64,000 bases of DNA from Candidatus Eiseniibacteriota bacterium (GCA_963707915.1 OY970178.1:288001-352000), one strand, 5' to 3'; shown: positions 39,800 to 50,288, counted from the stretch's first letter. Numbers and translations: made by a program. Notes: generated from the sequence alone by a model not told the origin.

Positions 39800-42057
39800 T
39801 GTCCGTGACCCCCGAACCCGCCACGCTGGACCTGCGCCAGCTCATCCGCGTCCTGCTGCGCCGCCGGTGGCTGTTGGTCCTGCCCTGGATCGCGGCCTCG
39901 CTGGTGGGCGTGGCCGCCGCGTTCCTGCTCAAGCCGGTCTACGTCAGCCAGGTCACGCTGGTGCTGGAGCAGCCGCAGGCGCTCACCGGGCCGCTCGGCG
40001 GCATGGTGGGCGGCGGGGTGAGCGGCGACCAGCAGGCCGAGATGATGCGCGCGCACCTGCTCAGCACGCCGTTCCTGCACAGCGTGATCAGCGCGGCCGG
40101 CCTGAGGACCGACGCGGCGGCGCGGGCCTGGGCGCTGACCGGCGCGAAGCGGTATCCGGGGCTGACCCCGGACCAGCAGGTCGAGGCGTTCCTGACCGAC
40201 TACCTGCGCGGCGTCATCGAGGTGCGGCGCGAGCGGGGGGACGTGTTCGAGATCTCGGTCGGCGATTTCGAGCGCGAACGCGCCCAGCGGCTGGCCCGGT
40301 CGGTCAGCAGCCAGTTCGTGATGGTCTCGAAGGCGGCGCAGCTCGAGGCCACGCGCGGCACCCAGGTCTTCTCGGTCGAGCAGCAGGAGGTCTACCGGCG
40401 CAAGCTGGTGGAGAGCGAGGCGCGTCTCGAGGCGGCCTCGCGCGCGGCGCAGGGCAGCAGCCTGCCGCAGGTGGACGCCACCAACGCGACGCGCGCCCGC
40501 GGGCTGCTCGAGCAGGCCAACCTCGAGCTCGAGGAGCAGCGGCAGAAGGTCTCCGGGCTCCGGGCCCAGCTGCAGGACCGGGGACTGGCCGGCGACCTCG
40601 ACCTGATCTCGAGCCCGCGCACCACGGCGATGGCCGCGCAGCTCGCGCAACTCGACCGGCAGCTCTCCGCCGTCCTCCTGACCGAGGCCGCCCGGACCGA
40701 GCCGGGCGCCGACGGGGGCGCGGGCGTGCGGCTCCTGATCAGCCGCAAGTACGCCGAGCTCGAGGACGAGCTGGACCGCAACGCCGCCACGGCGCTGCCC
40801 GCGCTCCCGCCGGACGCGCACGAGTTGCTGGTGCGCACGCGCCTGGCGCAGGCCGACATGGGCGCCAAGCAGGCCGGGCACGACGAGATCGAGCGGCAGG
40901 TGTCGAGCTACCAGCGGGAGCAGTCGCTGTCGCCGGACCGCGACCTCGCCGTCCAGCGTCTCCGGCAGGAGGTCGAGGCGAACCGCACGCTGTACAACTC
41001 CTTCGTCCAGCAGGCGGCGGCCTCGCAGATCAGCGAAGCCTTCCAGAACGCGCGGGTCGGCGGGCGCTTCAGCGTACTCGAGCCGGCGACGCTCCCGCTC
41101 GCGCCCTCCAAGCCCAACCGCCCGCTCATCGTGATCCTGGCCTTCGTGCTGGGAGGGATCGTGGGCGTGGGGACCGTGCTGGTCGTGGAGCAGCACGACG
41201 ATTCCATGAAGGACGCCCAGGAGGTGGAGAGCCTGCTCGGGCTGCCCGTGCTGGGCGCCGTGCCGCGGGTCGGCGAGCTCGGGCGCTCCTCGCGGCGCAG
41301 CGCTCCCGGTCCGGCGGGCGGAGTGCCGATGCGGAAGGCGGGCGCCGCGGGCAACACCGACGGACTGATCCACCGGCTCAAGGTGGAGAGTCCGCTGGGC
41401 CTCGAGTTCCGGCGCATCTACCTGAAGCTGGCGAAGACCCACGGGCGGACGTTGCCGCGCACCCTGATGATCACGAGCGCGACGCGCGGCGAGGGGAAGA
41501 CCACGATCACCGCCTGTCTCGCGATCACGCTGGCCCGCGAGCTGCGCGAGAAGGTGCTGCTGGTGGACTTCGACCTGCGCAGCCCGTCGCTGCACCGGGC
41601 GCTGGGTCTGCCGAGCGCCAGCTGGGGGCTGGCCCAGATGCTCCAGGGACGCGCCTTCGACGAGCGCCACGTGCGCGCGACCTCGCTGCCGCACCTCGAC
41701 TTTCTGGCCGCGGGCCGCTCCGAACGGCCCGCGGGCGAACTGGTCGACACCGCGGCGTGCGAGTGGTTCTTCCAGGAGGCCCTGGCCCGCTACTCGATGG
41801 TGCTGGTGGACGCGCCCCCCAACCTGGCGGTGCCCGATCCGCTCATCCTCGGCCGGTCGGTCGAGGGCGTGCTCTACGTCATCAAGGCGGGCAGCACGGT
41901 CCGCAAGGCGGCCGAGTACGGGGTCAAGGTGCAGCGCGAGGCTCGCGAGAACGTGATCGGGATCCTGATGAACGACGCCGGGGAGGTGCTGCCCAGCTAC
42001 TACGGCTACCGCGCCGGGAGCTATGGCTACGCCCCGGAGGAGGCGGGCGGCGCCTGA
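39799..42057 (+). CDS. wzc: Polysaccharide co-polymerase / BY-kinase
   Basis: Wzz-like N-terminus, coiled coil, PSKPN + TM, LGLPVLGAVP, Walker A GEGKT, VDFDLR, VDAPP, C-terminal Tyr cluster SYYGYRAGSYGY. Confidence 0.9.
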   Translation: MSVTPEPATLDLRQLIRVLLRRRWLLVLPWIAASLVGVAAAFLLKPVYVSQVTLVLEQPQALTGPLGGMVGGGVSGDQQAEMMRAHLLSTPFLHSVISAAGLRTDAAARAWALTGAKRYPGLTPDQQVEAFLTDYLRGVIEVRRERGDVFEISVGDFERERAQRLARSVSSQFVMVSKAAQLEATRGTQVFSVEQQEVYRRKLVESEARLEAASRAAQGSSLPQVDATNATRARGLLEQANLELEEQRQKVSGLRAQLQDRGLAGDLDLISSPRTTAMAAQLAQLDRQLSAVLLTEAARTEPGADGGAGVRLLISRKYAELEDELDRNAATALPALPPDAHELLVRTRLAQADMGAKQAGHDEIERQVSSYQREQSLSPDRDLAVQRLRQEVEANRTLYNSFVQQAAASQISEAFQNARVGGRFSVLEPATLPLAPSKPNRPLIVILAFVLGGIVGVGTVLVVEQHDDSMKDAQEVESLLGLPVLGAVPRVGELGRSSRRSAPGPAGGVPMRKAGAAGNTDGLIHRLKVESPLGLEFRRIYLKLAKTHGRTLPRTLMITSATRGEGKTTITACLAITLARELREKVLLVDFDLRSPSLHRALGLPSASWGLAQMLQGRAFDERHVRATSLPHLDFLAAGRSERPAGELVDTAACEWFFQEALARYSMVLVDAPPNLAVPDPLILGRSVEGVLYVIKAGSTVRKAAEYGVKVQREARENVIGILMNDAGEVLPSYYGYRAGSYGYAPEEAGGA

Positions 42058-42275
42058 TCGCCGCCCAGGCACGGAGGCCGGTCCGGTGAAGCACGGTGGC
42101 GGGGTGGCCGCCGCGCGGAGCGCGCCGGAAGCCTTCTCGAGGAGTCGCCGTTGCGCATCGTCCGGCTGCTGAAGATCGTCGTCACCCACGTCCCCCGGCG
42201 GCTCGCGGCGCGGCGCGGCCGCCCGGGCCGCGAGCGCGGATCGCGCAGGCGGCCGCAGGGTTCGGGAGGGGGCGC

Positions 42276-43718
42276 GTGAGCGCGGGCCCCCCGAGTCTCC
42301 GGCCGGCCCCGGTCGTCGAGGCGCGCGGAGCGGCGCGGCGGCAGGCGCGGCAACTGTCCGCCGGCCTTGCGGTCGTGGTCGGCACGACGCTGGCCCTCGT
42401 GCTGGTCGTGGCCTTCGTCGCGCTCGACTACCGCTTCAACCTGGCGGCGCATCGCCTGGTGAAGCTGATGCTGGGCGGGGGCATCGCGGCCTCGATCGTG
42501 ATCTTTCCGCGCTTCGGGTTCTACCTCCTGCCCGTGGCCACGCCGTTCATGTCGTGGATGCCCCGCATCCCGTTGCCCGGCGTGAGCATCCTGAACCTGC
42601 TGTTCTTCATGGTCTTCGGGACCTGGGCCCTGGCGCGGATCTTCGCGCACGAGCCGATCGTGCGGCGCACGCGCCTGGGGAGCATCATCGTCGCCGTCCT
42701 GCTGATCTGCGGGTTCTCCATCGTGCGCGGCTCCGCGTTCCCGACCGGGTACCGTTACGACGGCGTCGAGGCGGCCTGGGGGCTGATGCGTGGCGCCATG
42801 AGCTTCGCCTACTACTTCCTCGCCTTCTGGATGGTGCGCGGCGCGAAGGACCGCCGCCGGCTGGGGTGGGCCATCGTGCTCGCACTGCTGGCCGAGGCCC
42901 TGGTGACGATCGCCTACGGGCGCAACGGGCGGAGCGGCCGCGCGATCGGTTCCTTCGGCCAGTCCAACGACCTCGGTGCCTACCTGGCGATGTTCACGGC
43001 CTTCTCGGCCGCGCTGCTGCTCGCGGCCCGCGGCTGGCTGGCGCGCATCGTGCTGGCGGCGGCGGTCGTCTCCGGGGGCGTGGGGGTCGTGCTGTCGGTC
43101 TCCCGCGGTGCGGTGGTGGCCCTGGTGGCGGCGCTGCTCCTGGTCGCGCTGCGCAGCTCCCGCGCGCTGACCCTGGTCCTGCTGGTCGTGCTCGTGACCT
43201 CGCCGCTGTGGACCCCGGACTACCTCAAGGAACGCATGATGAGCACCCAGATCGAGACCGACGCCACCGACGAGGCCGGGCTCGAGGTCTCGGCCCAGCT
43301 CCGCGTGGACACCTGGCGTGCCATCCTCAAGCTGGTGCGGGAGCACCCGCTGGACGGCGTGGGCTTCTCGGGGCTCGGCTACGTGCTGCCCGCCGCGGGC
43401 GAGGAGCTCGGGGTCAAGGTGAAGGATTCCTCGCACAACACCTACCTGCGCTTCCTGGGCGAGATGGGGGTGCTGGGCCTGGCGCTCCTCCTCCTGCTGT
43501 TCTGGCGCTGCTGGGCGCTGGCGAACGAGGGCGTGCGGCTCGCCCGCGACCGCGCCGACCGGCAGCTCGCGCTGGGGCTCGCTGCGGCCACGCTGGCGAT
43601 GGCCATCTCGTGCGCGTTCGGCGACCGCTTCTTCAGCCCGCTGATCGCGGGCAACTTCTGGATCGCCTGCGCGCTGGTGAACGACATGGTGGCCGAGCGC
43701 CGGGCGGAGCTGGCATGA
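42276..43718 (+). CDS. O-antigen ligase / Wzy polymerase family membrane protein
   Basis: Many TM helices; GSFGQSNDLG, SVSRGA, R..TW, HPLDGVG, SHNTYL; GGAGG RBS. Confidence 0.85.
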   Translation: MSAGPPSLRPAPVVEARGAARRQARQLSAGLAVVVGTTLALVLVVAFVALDYRFNLAAHRLVKLMLGGGIAASIVIFPRFGFYLLPVATPFMSWMPRIPLPGVSILNLLFFMVFGTWALARIFAHEPIVRRTRLGSIIVAVLLICGFSIVRGSAFPTGYRYDGVEAAWGLMRGAMSFAYYFLAFWMVRGAKDRRRLGWAIVLALLAEALVTIAYGRNGRSGRAIGSFGQSNDLGAYLAMFTAFSAALLLAARGWLARIVLAAAVVSGGVGVVLSVSRGAVVALVAALLLVALRSSRALTLVLLVVLVTSPLWTPDYLKERMMSTQIETDATDEAGLEVSAQLRVDTWRAILKLVREHPLDGVGFSGLGYVLPAAGEELGVKVKDSSHNTYLRFLGEMGVLGLALLLLLFWRCWALANEGVRLARDRADRQLALGLAAATLAMAISCAFGDRFFSPLIAGNFWIACALVNDMVAERRAELA

Positions 43719-44737
43719 GCGGCCGCGCGCTGCGCTGGCTCGCGAGCCTGCTGTCGCGCCCCGCCGACCGGAGCGCGGCGAGCCTGGTCATCGTCCGGCA
43801 CCACCGCGTCTTCGGCCCGGCCGAACGTCCGCTCAACCGGCTGGGCGTGGCGGAGGACGTGCTGCGCGCCCAGCTCGCCCTGCTGGCGCGGCGCGGACTG
43901 TCTCCGGTCACGGTCTCGCGGGGGCTGGCGCGGCTGGCCGGCGGCGGGCCCGGTCGCACCGTGGCGATGACCTTCGACGACGGCTATGCGGACAACGTGA
44001 GGCGCGCCCTTCCGCTGCTCGAGGCCGCGGGGGCGCGGGCCACGTTCTTCCTCACCGCCGGGCTCATCGAGGAGCGGCGCGCGCCGTGGTGGGACGCGCT
44101 CGCGCACCTGCTCGCCACCACCCGGGCGGGGCGGCTCGAGCTCGGGGGCCGCGTCCACGAGCTGGCGGACGAGGCGGGGCGGGCGCGGGCGCTGCGCGCG
44201 CTGGTGCCGGCCTTCCGCGTCGCCCCGGTGGAGCAGCGCGCGCTGCTCCAGGACCTGGCCGGGCGCCTCGGCGTCCCGGGTGGCGCTCCCTGCGAGCTGG
44301 CGACGTGGGAGGAATGCGCCGCGCTGCGGGCGGCGGGGATGGAGGTCGGGGCGCACACGCTCACCCACCCGTTCCTCTCGACCCTGTCCGCCGCGGGACA
44401 GGCCACCGAGATCGCCGGGTCCTTCGATCTCATCGAGCGCCGGCTGGGCGAGCGGCCGAGCGGGCTGGCCTACCCGGGTGGCGACTACGACGCCGCCAGC
44501 GTCGCGGCGGCGCGCGCCGCGGGCGCATCGTGGGCGGTGACCACGCGAGCGGGGGAGAACCGCGCGGGTGCCCCGGCCTTCGAACTGCTGCGGCGGGGGC
44601 TCTCCGAGGGCGCGTGCCTGGGGCCGGGCGGGCGCTTCTCCGCGCGCTTGACGCTGGCCGAGCTGGACGGCCGGTTCGAGGGACTGCGGGCGCGTCGGGG
44701 GCCGGCCGGCGCGGGCGCGGCGGGGGTCACGGGATGA
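43715..44737 (+). CDS. Polysaccharide deacetylase (CE4)
   Basis: MTFDDGYADN, ATFFL, EVGAHTLTHP, LAYPGG. Confidence 0.88.
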   Translation: MSGRALRWLASLLSRPADRSAASLVIVRHHRVFGPAERPLNRLGVAEDVLRAQLALLARRGLSPVTVSRGLARLAGGGPGRTVAMTFDDGYADNVRRALPLLEAAGARATFFLTAGLIEERRAPWWDALAHLLATTRAGRLELGGRVHELADEAGRARALRALVPAFRVAPVEQRALLQDLAGRLGVPGGAPCELATWEECAALRAAGMEVGAHTLTHPFLSTLSAAGQATEIAGSFDLIERRLGERPSGLAYPGGDYDAASVAAARAAGASWAVTTRAGENRAGAPAFELLRRGLSEGACLGPGGRFSARLTLAELDGRFEGLRARRGPAGAGAAGVTG

Positions 44738-45894
44738 GCGCGCGGATCCGGGTCCTCTTCGTGGTCGGCAACTTCGTCGCGGGCGGGGCGGAGCGCCACC
44801 TGGTCGAGCTGTGGAAGCGGATCGACCGCGACCGCTTCGAGGTCGTCATCGCATGCTTCCGCCGCGAGGGCGCGTTCCTCGCGGAGGTGGAGTCGCTGGG
44901 CTGGCCGGTGCACGATCTTCGCATCGGGCGCCGGATCTACGACTCGAGCGGGATCGCGGGGCTCGTGCGCCTCGTGCACCTCGTGCGCGACGTGCGCCCG
45001 GACGTCGTCCACGGGTACCTCTTCGGCCCGAACCTCTTCGCGGTGATCGCCGGGCGGCTGGCGGGCGTGGCCGGGGTGGTGGTGGCCAAGCGCAACGTGG
45101 ACGCCTTCGAGACGCCCCGCCAGGTGCGGGTGTCGCGGGTCGCGCATCGGCTGGCCACGCACGTGACCGCGGTGAGCGAAGCGGCCGCGGATTCGGTCGT
45201 CGCGCTCGGCGTGCCCCGCGCCCGCATCACGGTGATCCCGAACGGCGTGGACGCCGCGCGCTTCGACCCGCCGGCTCCGGCGGAGGCGGCCCGGCGCGCG
45301 CTGGGCGCGGACTCCACGCCGCTGGTGGGGAGCGTCGGTTGCCTGGCCGCGCGAAAGGACTACGGCACGCTGCTCGAGGCCCTGGGGCTGCTCGCGGGCC
45401 GCGGGCTCGCGTTCCGCGCGGCGCTGGTGGGGGACGGCCCCGAGCGCGGCGCGCTCGAGGCCCGTGCCGCCGCCCTGGGGCTCGCGGACCGCGTACGCTT
45501 CCTCGGCGAGCGCACCGACGTCGACCGGCTGCTCCCCGGCATGGACGTGTTCGTGCTGTCGTCGCGGGAGGAGGGCATCCCGAACGCGTTGCTCGAGGCG
45601 ATGGCCGCGGGACGGGCCTGCGTCGCGACCGCGGTGGGCGGTACGCCCGAGGTGCTCCACGACGGGGAGACCGGCTGGCTCGTGCCGCCCGGCGCTCCGG
45701 GAGCGCTGGCGGACGCGCTCGAGCAGGCGCTCACGCAGCCCGGCGAAGCGCGCCGCCGCAGCGAGGCGGCCTGCCGCGCGGCACGCGAGGAGATGAGCAT
45801 CGAGGCGATGGCGCGGCGGCACGAGGAGTTCTACCTGCGGGCCATCGGCCGGTCGCCGGGACCGGCGCGGCGCCGGAACGGGAGGGACGCGTGA
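44734..45894 (+). CDS. Glycosyltransferase family 4
   Basis: GGAERHL, RPDVVH, VIPNGVD, DVFVLSSREEGIPNALLEAMAAG. Confidence 0.92.
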   Translation: MSARIRVLFVVGNFVAGGAERHLVELWKRIDRDRFEVVIACFRREGAFLAEVESLGWPVHDLRIGRRIYDSSGIAGLVRLVHLVRDVRPDVVHGYLFGPNLFAVIAGRLAGVAGVVVAKRNVDAFETPRQVRVSRVAHRLATHVTAVSEAAADSVVALGVPRARITVIPNGVDAARFDPPAPAEAARRALGADSTPLVGSVGCLAARKDYGTLLEALGLLAGRGLAFRAALVGDGPERGALEARAAALGLADRVRFLGERTDVDRLLPGMDVFVLSSREEGIPNALLEAMAAGRACVATAVGGTPEVLHDGETGWLVPPGAPGALADALEQALTQPGEARRRSEAACRAAREEMSIEAMARRHEEFYLRAIGRSPGPARRRNGRDA

Positions 45895-46925
45895 GGGTCG
45901 AGACGTGGGACACGCGGCGGCCGCTCGATCCCGGGTTCGAACGGGAATGGCGGGCGTCGCTCGAGCGCTGCAGGTACGCGAACTTCTCGCTGGATCCGCG
46001 CCACCTCGCGTGGGAGGCGCAGTGCGGCCGCCACGCCCTGGCGGTGCGCGCGGTGGACGGCGGGCGCGCGGCCGTCCTGGTGATGCGCTCGCAGGGGGCG
46101 GGTCTCGTCTCGGGCTGGCCGTGGCGCTGGCAGGTGGCGGTCGAGGACCCGGCCGGCGCGGCCGGCGCCGGGCTTGCCGCGGAGGAGTGCGCCTGGCTGT
46201 TCGACCGTGCCCGGGCCGCCGCCGGGGGGCGCCGCCTGACCTGCTACCTGCCGATGACCGCGGCCGCGACCTCGACCGCGGCGGGCTTCCTCGCCGGGGC
46301 GACGCTGCTGCGCAGCCTGCAGGAGGACGACGACGGCTTCCTGCGGCACATGGACGTGAACAAGCGCCGCGCGGTGAAACGCGCCCTGCGCGAAGGCTGG
46401 GAGGTGCGCCAGGCGGCGGGCCTCGAGGAGTTGCGCAGCTTCGCGGTCATCCTGCGGGAGATGGAACTGGCGCGCGGGAAGCGCGTGCCCGAGATCCCGG
46501 CGAGCCCGCCCGGCCCGGGCGAAGGCTGGCGCATGTGGGAGCTGCCGTGGATGTGGGCGCTGGTCGCGGTCCGGGATGGCGTCATCGGGGCCGGTTCGGG
46601 CTACGGCGTGCTGGCGGGCGGGACGATGGACTACCGCTCGAACGGCTCGTCGAGCGAGGCGCGGAAGGCGGGGGTGAACACCCTGCTGGCGTGGGAGGCG
46701 ATGCGCCGGGGACGCGACCATGGTTGCCGGTGGATGAACTGGGGCGGAGTGACCGAGTTCAAGCGCGAGCTGGGAGGGGCGCGCGTCGAGATGGCCTGCC
46801 GGCTGGGGGGCGGCGCCCTCTGGGCGATCCCGAACCAGGCGGTGGTCGGGTGGCACCGGGCGCGCCGGCAGCTGGGGGCGCTCGCGCGCCGGGTGAGGCC
46901 GCACAAGGAGGGCGGAGGGGCGTGA
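45891..46925 (+). CDS. GNAT/FemAB-like acyltransferase
   Basis: NKRRAVKRALREG, NTLLAWEAMRRG...WMNWGG...FKRELGG resemble FemAB/Acetyltransf_6 proteins of EPS loci. Confidence 0.7.
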   Translation: MRVETWDTRRPLDPGFEREWRASLERCRYANFSLDPRHLAWEAQCGRHALAVRAVDGGRAAVLVMRSQGAGLVSGWPWRWQVAVEDPAGAAGAGLAAEECAWLFDRARAAAGGRRLTCYLPMTAAATSTAAGFLAGATLLRSLQEDDDGFLRHMDVNKRRAVKRALREGWEVRQAAGLEELRSFAVILREMELARGKRVPEIPASPPGPGEGWRMWELPWMWALVAVRDGVIGAGSGYGVLAGGTMDYRSNGSSSEARKAGVNTLLAWEAMRRGRDHGCRWMNWGGVTEFKRELGGARVEMACRLGGGALWAIPNQAVVGWHRARRQLGALARRVRPHKEGGGA

Positions 46926-46939
46926 GCGGAGGACGGCGG

Positions 46940-48754
46940 ATGCGCGTGTTGTTCGTGACCCAGTACTTCCCGCCCGAGACCGGGGCGGCGCCCGCGCGGG
47001 CGCTGCACTTCGCGCGGGCGCTCGAGCGGGCCGGACACGAGGTCCGCGTGGTGACGGGGCTGCCGAACCATCCGTCGGGCGAGGTGCAGCCCGCCTACCG
47101 GCAGGTGCGGCGCGCGAGCGAGCGGGTCGGGGGAGTGGCGGTCGAACGCGTGTGGCTGCACGCCACGCCACGCAAGACGCCGCTGACCCGCCTCTGGAAC
47201 CACCTCACCTTCGCGTTCTCCGCCGCCGGGCCCGCGTTCGCCGGGCCGCGGCCCGACGTGGTGCTGGCGACCATGCCGCCGCTCTTCCTGGGAGTCACCG
47301 CCTGGCTCGCGGCGTGCCGGCACGGTGTCCCGCTGGTGTTCGACTGCCGCGACGACTGGCCGGCGGCGGCGGTCGCGCTGGGCGAGATGCGCGACGGTCT
47401 CGCCACGCGCCTGCTCGGCGGGCTCGCGCGCTTCCTCCAGCGGCGCGCGGCGCGCGTGCTCGTCGTCACGCCGGGGATGCTGCGCGCCTTCGAGCGCGCC
47501 GGTCTCGACGCGGGCCGCCTGCTGCTGGTCACGAACGGCGCCGACACCGACCTGTTCCGCCCGGCCCCGGCGGGGCCGACCGCTGCGGCCGGCGGGGCGC
47601 TCACCGTGCTCTACTCGGGGACGCACGGCCTGATCCACGGCATGGAGGCCCTGCTCGACGCGGCGGAGATCCTGCGCGCCCGCCGCGACCTGCGCTTCCT
47701 CCTGGTCGGCGACGGGGTGGCCAAGCCCGCGCTCGAGGAGCGCGCGCGCGCGGCCGGGCTCGGGCAGGTCGAGTTCCGTCCCAGCGTGGCGCCCGAGCGG
47801 CTGGTCGGGGAGATCCACGCGGCCGACGTGTGCGTGGCGACGACGCGCGACCACGCGTTCTGCGGCGAGACCATCCCGGTCAAGCTCTTCGACTACCTGG
47901 CGTGCGGGCGCCCGGTGGTGGCCGCGGTGAGCGGGGACGCGGCACGCGTGGTGGAGGAATCCGGCGGGGGCGTGGTCGTGCCTCCGGGCGACGGCGCGGC
48001 GCTGGCGGAGGCGCTCGTGACGCTCGCGGCCGATCCGGCGCGGCGCGCGGCCCTGGGCGCGGCGGGTCCCGCGTTCGTCGAGGAGCGCTATTCGCGCCGC
48101 GCGGTGGGGACGAAGCTGGTGAGCCTGCTGGAGCAGGTCGTGCGCCTGGCCCGCGGCCGGGACGTGGCGCCCCTGCCGGCGGGATCCGGCGGCGCCGCCA
48201 AGCGCGCGGTGGACGCGGTCGTGGCCGGTGGCCTGCTCGTGGTCCTCTCGCCGCTGCTGGCCCTGGTCGCGCTGGCGATCCGGCTCGATTCGCCCGGGCC
48301 GGCGCTCTTCCGCCAGCGGCGGGTGGGCCGCGCCTCGCGCGAGTTCACCATCCTCAAGTTCCGCACCATGCGCGTGGGCACGCCGGACCTGGCCTCGCAC
48401 CTCGTGGGGCCGGGCTCGGCCCGGGTCACGCGCGTCGGGCGCTGGCTGCGGCGCACCAGCCTGGACGAGCTGCCGCAACTGGTGAACGTGCTGGCGGGGG
48501 ACATGTCGCTGGTCGGGCCGCGCCCCGCGCTGCACAACCAGCACGACCTGGTCGCCCTGCGCCAGCAGGCCGGCGTGGACGCGCTCAAGCCCGGCGTGAC
48601 CGGCTGGGCGCAGATCAACGGGCGCGACGACCTCCCGCTGGACCGCAAGGTGGCGTACGACCGGTGGTACCTCGAACACCTCTCGTTCGGGCTCGACCTG
48701 GGCATCGTGTTGCGCACGCCCCTCGTGCTGTTCTCCTCGCGGGGCGTGTACTGA
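46940..48754 (+). CDS. GT4 (WbuB-like) glycosyltransferase fused to an intact phosphoglycosyl transferase domain
   Basis: TQYFPPETGA, PNHPSG, PVKLFDYLACG; then KRAVD, DSPGPALFRQ.RVG, KFRTM, RRTSLDELPQL, GDMSLVGPRP, KPGVTGWAQING. Alternative GTG start at 46922. Confidence 0.9.
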   Translation: MRVLFVTQYFPPETGAAPARALHFARALERAGHEVRVVTGLPNHPSGEVQPAYRQVRRASERVGGVAVERVWLHATPRKTPLTRLWNHLTFAFSAAGPAFAGPRPDVVLATMPPLFLGVTAWLAACRHGVPLVFDCRDDWPAAAVALGEMRDGLATRLLGGLARFLQRRAARVLVVTPGMLRAFERAGLDAGRLLLVTNGADTDLFRPAPAGPTAAAGGALTVLYSGTHGLIHGMEALLDAAEILRARRDLRFLLVGDGVAKPALEERARAAGLGQVEFRPSVAPERLVGEIHAADVCVATTRDHAFCGETIPVKLFDYLACGRPVVAAVSGDAARVVEESGGGVVVPPGDGAALAEALVTLAADPARRAALGAAGPAFVEERYSRRAVGTKLVSLLEQVVRLARGRDVAPLPAGSGGAAKRAVDAVVAGGLLVVLSPLLALVALAIRLDSPGPALFRQRRVGRASREFTILKFRTMRVGTPDLASHLVGPGSARVTRVGRWLRRTSLDELPQLVNVLAGDMSLVGPRPALHNQHDLVALRQQAGVDALKPGVTGWAQINGRDDLPLDRKVAYDRWYLEHLSFGLDLGIVLRTPLVLFSSRGVY

Positions 48755-49653
48755 TGGAACGCGCGAGCCCGGCGGCGGGCACGGCGGTACCTCCGGCGAC
48801 GCGCGCGTGGACCGGACGCGCCGCCGCGTGGGCGGGCGCCGTGCTGGTGGCGGCGCTGCTCGTGCTCGTCTACCGGCGCACCGCGGCCGGGCTGTGGACC
48901 GTCTGGGTCACGAACGACAACTATTCCCACGGGCCGCTGGTGCCCCTGGTCTCCCTGGCGCTGGTCGTCTCCCGTCGCGCCCGGCTGCGGACGCTGCCGC
49001 AGGCGGGCGACTGGCGCGGGCTGGCGCTCGTGGCCCTCGCCTGCGTGCTCCAGGTGCTGGGCGCGCGCGCCGACGTCCTCACCGTGCAGGGCTGGTCGTT
49101 CGTGGTGATGCTCTTCGGGCTCGCGCTCGCGCTCCTGGGCGGACCGCTCACCCGGGCGCTCGCCCTTCCCATCGGCTACCTGGTGTTCATGCTCACCTTC
49201 CCGCCGTTCGTGATGAACCGGCTCAGCTTCGCGCTGAAGGAGGTGGCGGTCCAGCTCGCGGCGCGGGCCTCCGAGCTCCTGGGCGTGAGCCTGCTGCGCA
49301 GCGGGATGACCCTCTGGGTCGCCGGCGGCACGCTCCAGATCGAGAACCCGTGCAGCGGCCTGCGTTCGTTGCTGGCGATGCTGGCGACCGGCGTGCTGCT
49401 GGCGTCGCTGTCGTCCGCGGGCTGGTGGCGGCGCGCGCTGCTGGTGGGGCTGGCGGTGCCGATGGCCATCGCGGGGAACGCCCTGCGCCTCACGCTGCTG
49501 GTGCTGACGGCGCACTACGTCGGGATCAAGCAGGCGCTGGGGACCTTCCACGACGTGTCGGGCTACCTGACCTACGGCCTCTCGGTCGCCGGGCTGCTGG
49601 CGGCCTGGGCGCTGCTCGACCCCCGTCGTCCGCGGGAGACCCGCCGGCCATGA
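48754..49653 (+). CDS. xrt: Exosortase (EpsH family)
   Basis: DNYSHGPLVP, NPCSGLRSL (Cys), GNALR (Arg), FHDVSG (His); about 8 TM helices. Confidence 0.92.
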   Translation: MERASPAAGTAVPPATRAWTGRAAAWAGAVLVAALLVLVYRRTAAGLWTVWVTNDNYSHGPLVPLVSLALVVSRRARLRTLPQAGDWRGLALVALACVLQVLGARADVLTVQGWSFVVMLFGLALALLGGPLTRALALPIGYLVFMLTFPPFVMNRLSFALKEVAVQLAARASELLGVSLLRSGMTLWVAGGTLQIENPCSGLRSLLAMLATGVLLASLSSAGWWRRALLVGLAVPMAIAGNALRLTLLVLTAHYVGIKQALGTFHDVSGYLTYGLSVAGLLAAWALLDPRRPRETRRP

Positions 49654-50288
49654 AGCTCCTGGTCACCCTCGCGCTGCTCGCGGCCACGGCCGCGTACGTG
49701 GTGCTGCACCCGCCCCCCGACCTCGCGGTGGGACGCGGTGCGCTGGCCACCTGCCCCGTGGTCTTCGGCGGCTGGAACGGCACGGAGCTCTCGTTCGAGG
49801 ACGCGGTGCTCGAGGAGCTGAAGGCCGACGACGTGCTGGTGCGACGCTACGTCCTCGGGGACGAGGTGGCCTGGCTCACCATCGTCTATCACCGGAACCG
49901 CCGCTACGGTGCGCACGATCCCCGGGTGTGCTACGAGTCGCAGGGCTACGTCGTGGAGCCGCGGGGCCTTCGCACCATCCCGGGCGCCGGACCCGCCGGT
50001 CTGCGGGTCAGCGTGTTTCGCGCGGTCCGCCCGCGCGAGCAGCGGCTGGTGTATTACTGGTGGACGACGAGCGGCCTGGCGACGGCCGATGTCTCCGCGC
50101 TGCGGGAGCGCATGGCCCTGGCGGGCGCGCTCGACAACCGCTCGTGGGGGGCGTTCGTGAGGATCGAGATGCGGATGGGGAACCGGGGCGAGGCGGGGAG
50201 CGCGGCGGCGCTCGACGACTTCGCCGCGCGCGTCGCGCGGGCGCTGCCGGGCGTGTTCGCCGCGGCGGAACGGAGGCCGGGGCCGTGA
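49650..50288 (+). CDS. epsI: EpsI family protein
   Basis: Follows exosortase; FGGWNG, LKADD...RRY, HDPRVCYESQG, LVYYWW, AFVRI. Confidence 0.88.
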   Translation: MKLLVTLALLAATAAYVVLHPPPDLAVGRGALATCPVVFGGWNGTELSFEDAVLEELKADDVLVRRYVLGDEVAWLTIVYHRNRRYGAHDPRVCYESQGYVVEPRGLRTIPGAGPAGLRVSVFRAVRPREQRLVYYWWTTSGLATADVSALRERMALAGALDNRSWGAFVRIEMRMGNRGEAGSAAALDDFAARVARALPGVFAAAERRPGP

